Below, piece after piece: positions 24,300 to 36,100 of a stretch of DNA of 64,000 bases. The stretch is from Azolla caroliniana. Lineage: Eukaryota > Plantae > Polypodiophyta. Numbering within the stretch: position 1 is the first letter of the stretch; the number at the start of each line of letters is the position of its first letter. The notes beneath the pieces are model-generated. The model saw nothing but the letters and a program-made list of their open reading frames with translations, did not search any database and was not told where the DNA came from. Both the position numbers and the translations under genes were made by a program. The DNA lies in NCBI GenBank assembly GCA_043228905.1, contig JBHGNT010000015.1, positions 10,106,001 through 10,170,000 of the forward strand. The letters are read 5' to 3'.

Positions 24300-27200
24300 A
24301 TATTCTGTTTACACTATAGTACAAGTGGAGCCCTATACTTACTCCGCAGATGCCCCGGCTTTGTCCTGTTCGGCGAGGAACGGGTTAGGTGGTGTAGGTC
24401 CTAGATAAGGTTTAAGGCAAAACCCATTCACTTTTTGTCGTAACACTTCCCTGGCCAACGTGCCAAGTTGAAACATACCCTATTCCGCTCCCACTATCCA
24501 ATACGGGCCTGTCCAGCAGAATCTTAATTTTCCTGGCATATGCCCCATGCATGTTTGAAAAACTAAGACCGCTTTCCCAACCATAAAATCTTTTTCTCGC
24601 GCATGCCGGTGTCGGTCCACGAATGCTTTGCGCCACCGCTGTTCCTACTCCAATATGGCCATACTGCCTAACCATGTTTCGCCTAGCTCGAGCTGTTGTT
24701 GTAGCCGTATTTGCTCGGATTTGCCCTTTGGTAGCTGAGCTCGTACTTGAATCCGCAGATTGGGTACCTCGAATTTGACTGGCATCATGGCCGCCAACCC
24801 AAATGCTAGCCTGAAAGGTGTTGATTGTATGTTGGTCTTATAGCTGGTACAGTATGCCTATAATGCGCTGTACAATTTGGTATCCATTCTGTTCTCATTG
24901 ACTATCTTTTTAAGAATAGTTTTAGGGTTTTGTTTGTGGATTCTGCCAAGCCATTTGCCTGTGGGTAATATGACGTACTTTTTTTGTGAACCACAACGTA
25001 ATGTTGGGTCAGTTCGCTGATGACTGTATTCAGAAAGTGTCTCCCTTGGTCACTAATGAGCTGGATAGGGCAACCGAAATGACACCAGATGTGTTCATAA
25101 AGGAATTTCGCCGTGACTACCGCGGTATTCTCGCGTAGTGGTTTCGCTTCTACCCACTTGGTACAGTAATCCGTGGCCACCAGGATATACTTATTGCCTG
25201 TTCGAGCAGCCGCTAGGATAAAGGGTTCCACAAAATCTAGCCCCCACTTTTGGAAAGGATCCAGTGGCAACACTGGTTGGTGTGGCATTCTTGCGACTTC
25301 CGTGGGTTGGCCCAGTCGTTGACATAAATCGCACTATCTGCAATATTCATACGCATCCTTTTGCGTAGTCGGCCACCAAAGTCCCGTTTCCCAGATCATC
25401 TGGGCCGTAACATCGCCCGCATAATGTCCTCCCACCGTACCTCAATGGGCTTCGGGTAGAACTGCAGCCTTCTCATTCTGCCGTATTCCGCGCCTCCAGA
25501 TGCCGTCATTGCCTTTGTGGTATAGGATGTCTTCGACTAAACAGAAATTTTGACTCCATACGGCTAGCCGTTTTTTCTCATCCATCCATAATTGGGGTGG
25601 TGGTAATCCCGTCGTCTAGAAGTAGGTCATTTCCATCAGCCACCGATCCGGAAAAGTCTTTTCCATTCGTTCTGGTAGAGTTACTACACGTAGAATGTCC
25701 GCATCCGGAAAGTTGTCATCATCCATTTGCGCCGTTTCTCCATTATCTAGTCTGCTCAAGAAATCTGCCACCACGTGTTGCATACTCGGTCAGTGCTGAA
25801 TTACAAAGTCAAATTCTTGGAGCAGCAGCATCCATCTAGCCAATTTCCCCGTCAGAGCCTGTTTCCCTACCAAATATAGTAATGTCGTATGATCCATGTG
25901 AAATGTGAATTTGCTCCCTAGCAGATAATGTCGGAACTTATTGATGCTGGATATCATACGCAATGCCTCACGTTCCATTGTGGAATAGTTACGCTCAACC
26001 GTTGATAGTTTCTGACTAGCGTAGTACACTGGTCGGTACCAATTCGACTCCGTGAGCTGCATTAGCGCACTACCTATTGCTATGTCTAAGGTATCCACAA
26101 ACACATGGAATGGTTTTCCCAAACTGGTGGTTGTACGACGGGTGCCTGTGTTAGCATTATCTTTAGCGCATCATACGCCTTCTCTTCTATTGTTGTCCAT
26201 TTGAAAGGAGTATGGTGAACGGTGGCCTGTAATGGCATGGTGAAGTTCCTTCTCTTTTGTTGCTATCCATTTGAAAGGAGTACGGTGAACGGCGGCATGT
26301 AATGGCATGGTGAAGTTTGCCAAATAGCGTATCATCTGACTGTGCCATCGTATTTGTCCTAGAAACCGGCTGAGTGCTTTCGCATTTGTCGATGTTTTCG
26401 CGTGAGTAATCACGGAGATTTTGTTCGGATCGACTACTATCCCTTACTGACTATGTGGCCGAGAAGAGCCCCGTTGGTAACGTCGAAGGCGCATTTGGTG
26501 GGATTCAGACTTAAGCGCGTTGTTCGGCAACGCTCCAAGAAAAGCTGTAGATGCGAAAAATGGTCGGTTGTTGTCCCATATACCGCAAAATTGTCTAAAG
26601 AAACCTGCATGAAGGCCGGTATATATTCCCGAAAAATCTCCGTGATTGTCCGTTTAAATGTAGCCGGCGCCGTTTTTAGCCCAAACATCATGACGACTGC
26701 GACATAGACTCCCCAGTCCGTGACAAACACCGTCTTCTCTTGGTCGTCGGGGTGCATGTGTACTTGATTGTACCCACTGAAGCCATCTAAAGAGTTGTAC
26801 ATGTCATGCCCTGCGACGGCGTCCAGTACGTTGTCCGTGAACGGTAAAGGGAATGCGTCGGTAATGGTTACGGCGTTCAATTTCCGGTAGTCCACGCATA
26901 CACGTATTTTGCCATTTTCCTTCGGTACACTACTATCGGGCTTAACCACGTAGCTTGTTTGACTGGTCGAATGAATCCGGCCTTGAGGAGTTTGTCAATT
27001 TCTTCTTTTACGTGAGCTGCATAGTTTGGGTTCATGCGGTATTGACAGTGTTGGACTGGTTTCGCATCGGTCGCTAAATTGATCTTATGTTGATAGAACT
27101 TCGGATCTAACCCCTTCATGTCCTCGTGGGACCAGGCGAACACATCTTTATACTTCTTGAGCAGTGCTATCATCAGTCTCTCTGATCTGGCAGTAATTCT

Positions 27201-29481
27201 TTTGCGATGCAGAGGAATTGGGGTTCTGACGTCGTACCCACGTTTACTTCTTCTAGGGTTGAGGCAGTGACTCGTCGTGAAATTTCCATTTCCCTCTTGA
27301 ACGTTGTCCATACACTGCTTAGTTCTAATATTGACTCTGGGTCTGGTTTGTAAGCCTCGTCGTGGAGCGTAGCGGGCGTGGCATACTCTGTCGCGGTTTC
27401 TATGACGTCGATTTCGAATAGAGGAATGATCCGGGGGTGCTTGTCTAGTTATACTTCTAATTCTGTATCATCCACCCCAGCCATCATATTTATATCTTCC
27501 GCGTATAACGGTGTTATGCCCTTGGGTTGTGCCGTCATTTCCTCTGTTGGTATGCGAACCTTGGTGCATCCGCGTTGAAAGCTGATGCACTTATGTTGCC
27601 AGCTCTGCTTGATATTCGCTAAACGAAGCCATGGTCTGCCCAGCAGCATAGGATACGCTACTGGGGCGTCGAGGACGAGGACTACTGCCGAGACATCGAA
27701 GTGATGTCCTCCCACAACAATGCCTAGCTTGCGTATTAAACCCAATGGCCGTACTGAGCAGGTATCAGCCATGCGAAGCCAAAACGGGCAAGCATCCCAT
27801 TCTAAAATTCCCAATTGTTCGCATGTCTTCACGCTAATTACATTGACGCCAGAGCCTCTGTCGATTACACATCCTGTGATCTCCTAACCGTGTAATATCA
27901 ATTTAATAGCCGGATTGTGGTGATCCACAACTGTTGGTCTGGCGCTGATGTCTATAAAATTGGCGGAGATGCTCACCCTAGGTCTGCCCGTTATACGATC
28001 CTCCACGGCTTGGCGGAACCGTGGGACTAGTTGAAGTAGCTTCTCCATGGTTAGAGTTATCTCACAACCTGCCAGTGCTTGCCACATGAGATCCGGAGAT
28101 ATTACATCTTCCTCTAAAGGCTCCACCGTGTTCGCAGACTCCTTCCGCATGTGTTCTGTATTTGCCACGTTTGCTTTTTCAACCCATGCTTGGGCCGTCT
28201 GACGTATCTCATCTTGCGCGGCCCAATCAACAATTTTTGTTTGCTGTCGTGTCGTGACTTGTTGCACTTCCACCATAATTGTATTGACGGCAGCGGGCCC
28301 CTTTCTCTTGCGTAATGGGCATTGCGTGGCATAATGTCCGGGTTGTTGGCAAACAAAACAATGGACGCTAGATTCGCCTTTCTGCTGGTTTGTTCTTCGG
28401 AGCGTACGCCATGGTTGTTGTTGGTCTCCGCGCAGTTCCTAGTGCCGGTCATCGTCCGAACTTTTGTTGTACCGCCGTTGGTCCCGATACTGACGATGTT
28501 TTCCGTGAGGCCCATGAAGCCGCCACGTTTGTTCGTCGGACGGTAATTCTCGTAGCATCGGCCCCCTTTAGTATTTTTGTGGTTGCCACGGTAGTCTTCA
28601 TCCTCCAGCTCGCCTTCCTCGGAATCGTTGTTATTCCGGCGATTCCGGTAGTGGTGGTCATCGTGTGGGTTCCGATTCATATACCGGGGTAGTTCTTCTT
28701 GGCGCCTTTGCTCATTACGGCGAGGGGGGCGTTGTGTTTCCACGCTTCGTACTGTGGGTGTGGATCTGTTCAACATATTGTACTCACACTGCTCGACCGT
28801 GTGTGCTTTCGAGTGACAGATTGGGCAGTGGATTCGCATGTTGCATTCAACTGCGGAATGCCCAGAATTCAAGCAAATCGTGTAGTGGATTGCCTGGCGA
28901 AAGTGTCATTCCTTGTCCTGAGGTAACGCTTGCCGTAATGAGGACATGGAAAACCTTTCCTCTTCTTCGTCCAGCTCGAGCTGTAGCGCTCATTCCATGA
29001 CCATGTCGGCCATTTCTCCTTTCACGCTATTGTTGTTGAGCGTCGTCTGTATCGGTCGTCGTAGAGCTGCCAGGAATGTCTCCCGAGCCTCGTCCTCCAT
29101 CGGGCCCCGTTCTAATTTCCGTCGTAGATTTTGGAAGTGTAAACTGAAATCCGCTATCGTCTCGGCCGACAACTGTTTAATTGTATAAAACTGCCCGAGG
29201 ATTTCACGTTGCGGCACCTTCCGATGAAAGAAACGCAAAAAGGCCCACTGCAACTGGTCGAAGGTCTTGATTGCTGGCAAATCCATCTGCGAATGCCAAA
29301 ACGCCACTCTGCCATCCAGACTTAATCCGAACTCTGTCATTTTGGACTGGTGCGCGACTTTTTTGGGAAGGTTTTGCGTCATCTGATTTGCATTCCAAAT
29401 ATTTAGGAACAAGCGAATGTGGGTTGCAGCGTCTGTTTTGCCGTTGAAGCGGGGATAAGAGAAGGCCATCTTTGACGCCAT
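24300..29481 (-). pseudogene. G1 gag-pol remnant
   Basis: Gag starts MASKMAFSYPRF at 29481. Zn knuckles at 28114-28872, PR ~27449-27880, RT 26437-27311, RH 25790-26413 and INT 24902-25288. Confidence 0.9.
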
Positions 29482-32400
29482 AGCGGGTAGGGAAAGACCA
29501 CAGTGCTTGTGTGGTGAGTGAACTTCCTGCCTGTTGCCGGGGTATTTGGTGAGCGGGAAACCGAACTCCCTAGACATTGCACTAGTAACAACACTTGTAC
29601 TCACGCCTACACTTCTTACGATTACAATACGCCACGAAGAATCACAGTCACGCAGTAGACTAACCATAGATAAACACAGAGGATCAGAGAAGATAAAACT
29701 CTATTAAGATACGCTCTATGCACCAAAACTTACACGCTCCCTGTTATAGAGGATTTCTGCCCTTTATATACACAGTTTCTTTTAGCCGTTCACTCTTCCC
29801 GCATGACCCGTTACATGCGTTATGTTTTTACTATATTCTATATTTCTGTGCTCTTGTCCGTCGGTTACTATTTCGGCGGACAACAGCAAGCTGTGGGTAT
29901 GCAATATAAAAAAGGAAGTTCAGAAAATACACAAGCAAAATGAATGCTTGAAATTTTGATTGTAAGAACTTTACCAAGAAAGCATCTCACGTCTTTACCC
30001 CTCTAGACATATGAGATGTGATTCGAGATCGGATAACTATAGTAACACTATGGTGTTTTAAAAACCATGGGGGAAAACATAGCTAAGATGTCTTTCGTGG
30101 ATCTCTATCTTGAATAATCATGGCGGTTCCCTGAGGCTCAACCATGGTTCTAACATCAATGTACTTTCCTAGTTAGCCTTATATTAGTATTGATATGGTT
30201 GAGAAAGTGTATTACGTGAAAAAACAAGTGCACTCACAAATAATATTCTAGTCTTGCGAGTAGCAAGCAAATGCTATGAAAAAAAGAGAAAAAGAAGTCA
30301 CTATCTATAAGAGTAAAGAACTGACGAAAACAAGGTTAAAAAACAATGCGTTGTTTACTACAAAAAAATACCACCAATAAATGGATTGTGCAAGGTATGC
30401 ACATATCCATCCCAATATGGCGATTGTAATGTGCACAATTGTGACATAAGCCACAAGTTGATACAAATGGTGGTGGTGTTGGGCGCAAAGATGTAGTACT
30501 CAAATTTATGAGTAAAACATCAATAGGGGAACTCATGTGGTTTTACTCGAGTTCAAAGACTCGATAATATGAGCTAAACCTAGTTGAGTTGTTGGAAAAA
30601 ATCATTCAAAAAACGACATGATGCCCACTCAATACGAAAAAATAGTCTACACGGAAGTGTTACATCATAGGTAAACTGTTACGAAGGTGCTTTGCTCTGG
30701 CTCTTCTTTGTGCACAATGGATCGTGATGTGCTAGATCGTTTAGTGCTCAAGACAGAAAAGGGAAGGGGAAGGAGACTTACCTCTGTGTAGCAAACCAAA
30801 AGCTTCTTCTATTTCATTACACATAGAGATCAACTTGCTCTCGTCTGTTTTCTGTTTTTCTATTTTTCTTCTCTACTCTCACTCTTACTCTACTTACTTT
30901 TTACCTAAGTTATAAGTGACTTATATATGTAGCTAATTAGCTGCCAGTAGCTAAATAGTTGTTTCACCTTTATGTCCACTAGTAGCTAATTAGCTAATAG
31001 CTACTATAGCTTATTTCTCAATAAGCATCGCATACCTTAGTTGAGCGTGCTTCTCAACACTCCCCCTCAAGCTCAACTTATCCTTTCTTGGGATCATCTT
31101 CAATCTTCTTTTCTTCATGATTTTCAGCTATCATGCCAATGGTTATAACTCCCATCATGTCTCTAAATTGTGTATGTTTTTCCATGCTCAATCCCTTCGT
31201 AAGAATATCACGAATTTGTTGATTTGTAGTTACATACAACAAATCCACTTCTCCATCAATCACTTTTTCTCTAACAAAGTGATAATGCACTTCAATGTGC
31301 CTTTTTCTTGCATGGAACACTGGGTTTTTGCCAGTTGAATGTTGCTCATATTGTCACACCAAATTGTGACTACACCATCTATATACTCTCCCAAATCAGA
31401 AAGCAATCTTCTGATCCATACCTCTTCACAGGTGGCTATTGTAGCTCCTTTATATTCAGCTTCAATACTTGATAGAGCAACAATAGATTGTTTCTTGCTA
31501 CTCCATGAAATAGCTGCATTTCCCAATGTAAACATATATCCACTTGTGGATCTTTTGTCAGTTTGGCTTCCAGCCCAATCAACATCTGTATATCCTTCTA
31601 GCTTTACTTCTAGATCAGCCATGTAAAACAGTCCATAATTTTGAGTAGCTTTTATATACCTCAAAATTCTTCTAATGCAATCCAAATGTGGCTTTGTTGG
31701 CTATAGCATAAACTGGCTGACTAATTCAACAGCATAACTCAAATAAGGTCTTGTTATGGTCAAATATATGAGGTTGCCCACTATAGACCTGTATATGTTT
31801 ACATCTTCTATTTTGGTTCCCAAATCAGCCCTCAATTTGTAGTTCTTATCCAATGGTACACCAATAGGTTTGCATCCAAGCATACCATACTTCTTCAACA
31901 TAGTTCTTGCATACTGTTATTGCAACATATATACACCACTTTCAGATCTGATTATGTCAATGCCAAGAAAGTATCTTAGCTCTCCCAAATCCTTCATATG
32001 AAATTGCATTTCAAGAATGTTTTTCAGCTTCCTTATTTCATCCATAGAATCACCTCCGATGATTAAATCATCTACATAAATCAAAATCACAACAATGCAA
32101 TCATTTATCATTTTTACATATAATGATGGATCAACCTTTGACATTTTGAAAGCAAATTTTTTCAGAGATTCTGAAAGTTTTTTATGCCATGCTCTTGGTG
32201 CTTGTTTCAGTCCATAGAGAGCCTTTTTCAGCCCACATACATATTTTGGATGCTTCTTATCTTCAAAACATGGTGGTTGACCCATATACACTTCTTCTTC
32301 TAAGTTAACATGTAAAAAAACATTTTTTAAATCCATATGGTGTAGAACCCATCTTTTGGCTGCACTCACAACAAGTGGTGTTCTCAAGTTTGCCATTTTT

Positions 32401-33186
32401 GCAACCGGTGCAAATGTTTCATCATAATCAATACCTTGCATCTAGGTATATCCCTTTGCCACAAGTCTTGCTTTATGTCTACTAACATTTCCATTGGAAT
32501 CATGCTTTGTCTTGTAGACCCATTTGCAACCTATAACCTTTTTTCCTTTCGGTAACTTTAGCAAATCCCATGTTCTGTTTTTCAGCCAATGCATCTATTT
32601 CTTCTTGCATTGCATTCACCCATTTCTTATCAGATTTTGCTTCATCAAAACTATCTGGATTAGGGATTTGTACCACTTTAGACATGTATGCATAATGCAT
32701 AGCCATATATGTGTCATAACCAAATCTTTCAACAGTCTTTTTCTCTCTATTTGATCTTCTCAGTTTCTGATTTGCATCGTTTTCCATACCAGGGATTTTC
32801 AGGCTCCTATACCAAGCTCATCATCCAATGATGTATCTAAATCTACATCTTTCATGTTTCTAGACCCATCATCAAGCATTTCATATTCTAGCATCTTCTG
32901 TTTTCCCTTTTTATCATGATATTTTTTGTCTTGCATTTTTTCCACTCTATGCATTAGATTCAGATTTACTACCTGAGCTTCCAGATGGTCCGGTACATTC
33001 TATTCATGTGGAACTTTGCTGTCCAACATTGTTTCCATCTCTGTTGTTATCTCTTACATTTTCAGATTTATCCCTATCTTTATTTTCATTGTCTTCATAA
33101 GTTTCTACATTTTGTTTTGGGTTATACCAACTGCCCAGCTCATGAAATATTACATCACGGCTTACCACAATCTTTTCTGTCAAAGG

Positions 33187-36100
33187 TGTGGAAAGTAGCG
33201 TGCGGAAGCAAGTATAAAGACAGAACAGAAGGAAGAACACTCAGGTTTAATGGAGAGCTTGAGCTTACACAGTATACGCGGGAGAGTGAGAGAGAGTGAG
33301 AAAGAGAAGACACCAAAAAAGAATGTGTGTATTTCTCTAAAGAAAAAAAAAACAACGACCAAACATATATGTGTTCAATGACCACTTTGTACAAGTCTGT
33401 GGAGGATTGACCGAAGTACTGACAGTACTTCAATGCTCATTAAGAGCTCTTACACTAATTCCCAAATATATTCCTCACGGAATATCTTTCCTAACGGCCT
33501 AACCGATCTGTCCCAACCGATCCGGCCGATGTTGAGCTTGTCTCTCAACACTCCCCCTCAAGCTCAACTTGAGGCTCTTCGGGATCTTCACAACTCCGGT
33601 TCCTCCTGGCTTCACGCCTCGCTCGCGCTCCTCGACCTGTTCGACTCCGCGCGCTTCAACCCTTCCGGTCGGCTTGTCTGCTCATGTGGCCCTTATCAGC
33701 TCTTCTGCTGTTACGGTGTCGACACTTCTTTTGCTGCCTTTTCTTCCGCTTGGGCCTCGGTTGATTCAATGTGTCTGAATCAAACATCTGAACTGACTCG
33801 GCTACCTCCGATCGGTTTTCGCTCTCGTCCGAGTTGGCTGTCTCCAACTTGTCTTCAGTCTTCTCGCCCTCGATGGCGTCATCTCCCCCATGCGTGGTTG
33901 GCTTCGGCTCTCTCCTTCGGTTGCTCCCCTTCTGTCCACTTCCGGACTTTTCCGCGGGTCCGCCCTTGGCTTCTTCAGCCGATCCGAAGTCGAACTTGTC
34001 AACCGACTCGATGTTGCGGTCTCCGCTCCTTTCCTACTGCCTTGCTTGGTCGTTCGGGACTGTTCTCCCCCTCAAGTTCGGCACATCGAGGTGACGCAAC
34101 CCGAGCGCACCTGAGAATTGCCACAACTTGTCCAGACCAAGAGGCTTTGTGAAGATGTCGGCAGTCTGCCGATCCGTCGGCACGTACTAAAGTTCGACTT
34201 CACCGGAAAGGACACGCTCACGGACGAAATGGAAAACGGGGTTCTTCGCGAGCTGGATGCTGCTGAGGTTGTCGCAGTAGATCGTCGTCGGATCTTACAC
34301 CTCCACTTGCAGGTCCTTAAGTAGCCGCTTCAACCATATGGCTTCACATGTCGCGACAGCGGCTCCTCGGTACTCAGCTTCGGTGCTCGACAGTGCAACT
34401 GTCGGCTGCTTCTTACTGCTCCACACGATCGCGGCACTCTCGAGGTAGAACGCGTATCTGGACATGGATCGGCGATTGGCGGCGTTGCCAGCCCAATCAG
34501 CATCGGTGTAGCCGACTAACTGCGCGGCTGCACCGGTCCGATATAGCAGTCCTCGGTCCTTAGTGCCACTTACGTACCGCAGTACGCGTTGCGCACACTG
34601 AAGGTGCTCCTCGGTAGGTCGCGCCATGAACTTACGGATCACCCCAACCGGATAACTGAGGTCGGGTCGGGTGATGGTCAAGTATATGAGGCTTCCGACA
34701 ATTTGTCGGAACCTCGTCGGGTCGCATACCTCTCCCGTATCGGGACGAAGCTTGATGGTTCTATCCAGTGGAGTCGAGACGGACTTACAGTCGTCCATCC
34801 CGAGTTTGAAGATCATACCCAACACGTAATGACGTTGGCTGATCAATATGCGTTCGGGGGTACGGATCACTTCGATCCCGAGGAAGTAATGAAGGTCCCC
34901 CAGATCCTTCATGTCGAACGATGCCGCAAGCTGGAGCTTCACGCGGTCGATTTCGCCTAGGTCGGCGCCGGTGATGACCAAGTCATCGACATATACTAGA
35001 ATACTAACCGGTCCGAGTCGACCTTTCCGGATGAACAGGGAAGAGTCCGATTTTGACGTGACGAAGCCCATCCGACGGAGTTGTTGCGTGATCTTCACGT
35101 TCCAGGCACGCAGGGCTTGCTTCAGTTCGTAAAGGGACTTCTTCAGTCGGCATACTGCCGAGGAGTTTGTTCCGGAGGGAAATCCGGGGGGCTGTACCAT
35201 GTACACTTGTTCCTCATGGTCACCTTGCAGGAACGCATTCTTTACATCCATTTGATGTAGGTGCCACCCCTTGGCCACGGCTACTGCGAGCAAAACACGG
35301 ACGGTCGTTATTTTCGCGACCGGCGCAAATGTCTCATCTTAGTCGATGTCGTGCTTCTGTGTGTAGCCTTTTGCCACTAGCCGAGGCTTGTACCGGTTGA
35401 CCGAGCCATCGGTGTTGTACTTGACTTTGTACACCCACCTACACCCGATCGGTTTTACCCCTCTTGGTACGTCAACCAGGTCCCAGGTCTCGTTCTCCGC
35501 CAATGCGTGCATCTCTTCCTCCATCGCGGCACGCCAATTCGCGTCTTTAGCCGCTTCTGCGTAGCTCTCCGGCTCACGCACTTCTGCTACACGGGTCATG
35601 TACGCATAATGATGCGCCATGTAGTCGTTGTATACCAACCGCAAAACAAGATTCTTCTGGCGGGTAGATCGGCGTAATCTCGCAGTAGCCGATGTCGAGG
35701 CCTTCTCGATCGACGTGGACTTCACTTTTAAAGACCCGTCACCGGTTCCCTCAGAGTCGGACTCGCGTGGGTCTGACTCGTTCCTATCCATGCCGGAATC
35801 CGACACCTTCTTCTTCCCTTTCTCTTTGCGTGTAAGACGTCTCCTCGGCTTCCTGCACGGGGAATGCACGGCCGAGTCTCCACTACTTGCCGACTCTTTA
35901 TCGAACAGGTCGTACCGACTCAGCCGTCCAATCGGTCCACTTAACCGGAGTGAAATCGGACTCTCTTCGCGGGTCTCGATTTTGCGTTCATCCGGAGGCA
36001 TCTCGGACTCGCTGACCTCATCGTCAGAGCTCGGATTAGAGTCGGGTTTCGTAGTCGGGGTTCGTAGTCGGGGGCAGGTACCAGGACGCGGACTCGTCAA

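Larger units (their letters stand above)
15204..29885 (-). mobile_element. Non-chromoviral Ty3/Gypsy 'G1' with an extra 3' ORF
   Basis: TSD GCAAG (15199-15203 / 29886-29890). LTR 15204-15674 and truncated LTR 29559-29885. Gag with CCHC knuckles, PR, RT, RH and INT (DYCTKWVEAKPL) on the minus strand, with no chromodomain. Minus-strand TATA in the LTR. Confidence 0.92.

Noticed and set aside
28990-29667. Apparent 225-aa gag starting inside the LTR
   Set aside because: The N-terminal extension results from the LTR/PBS deletion; the likely start is 29481.
15204-29885. G1 as a plus-strand element with an inverted gag-pol
   Set aside because: The LTR TATA is on the minus strand, and G3 shows the family's normal PBS precedes gag in sense, so the plus-strand motif is better read as a second site.
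29891-30676. AT-rich stretch as host intergenic or gene sequence
   Set aside because: It lies between TSD-defined insertions within A2, so it belongs to the A2 leader, which continues at 60651.
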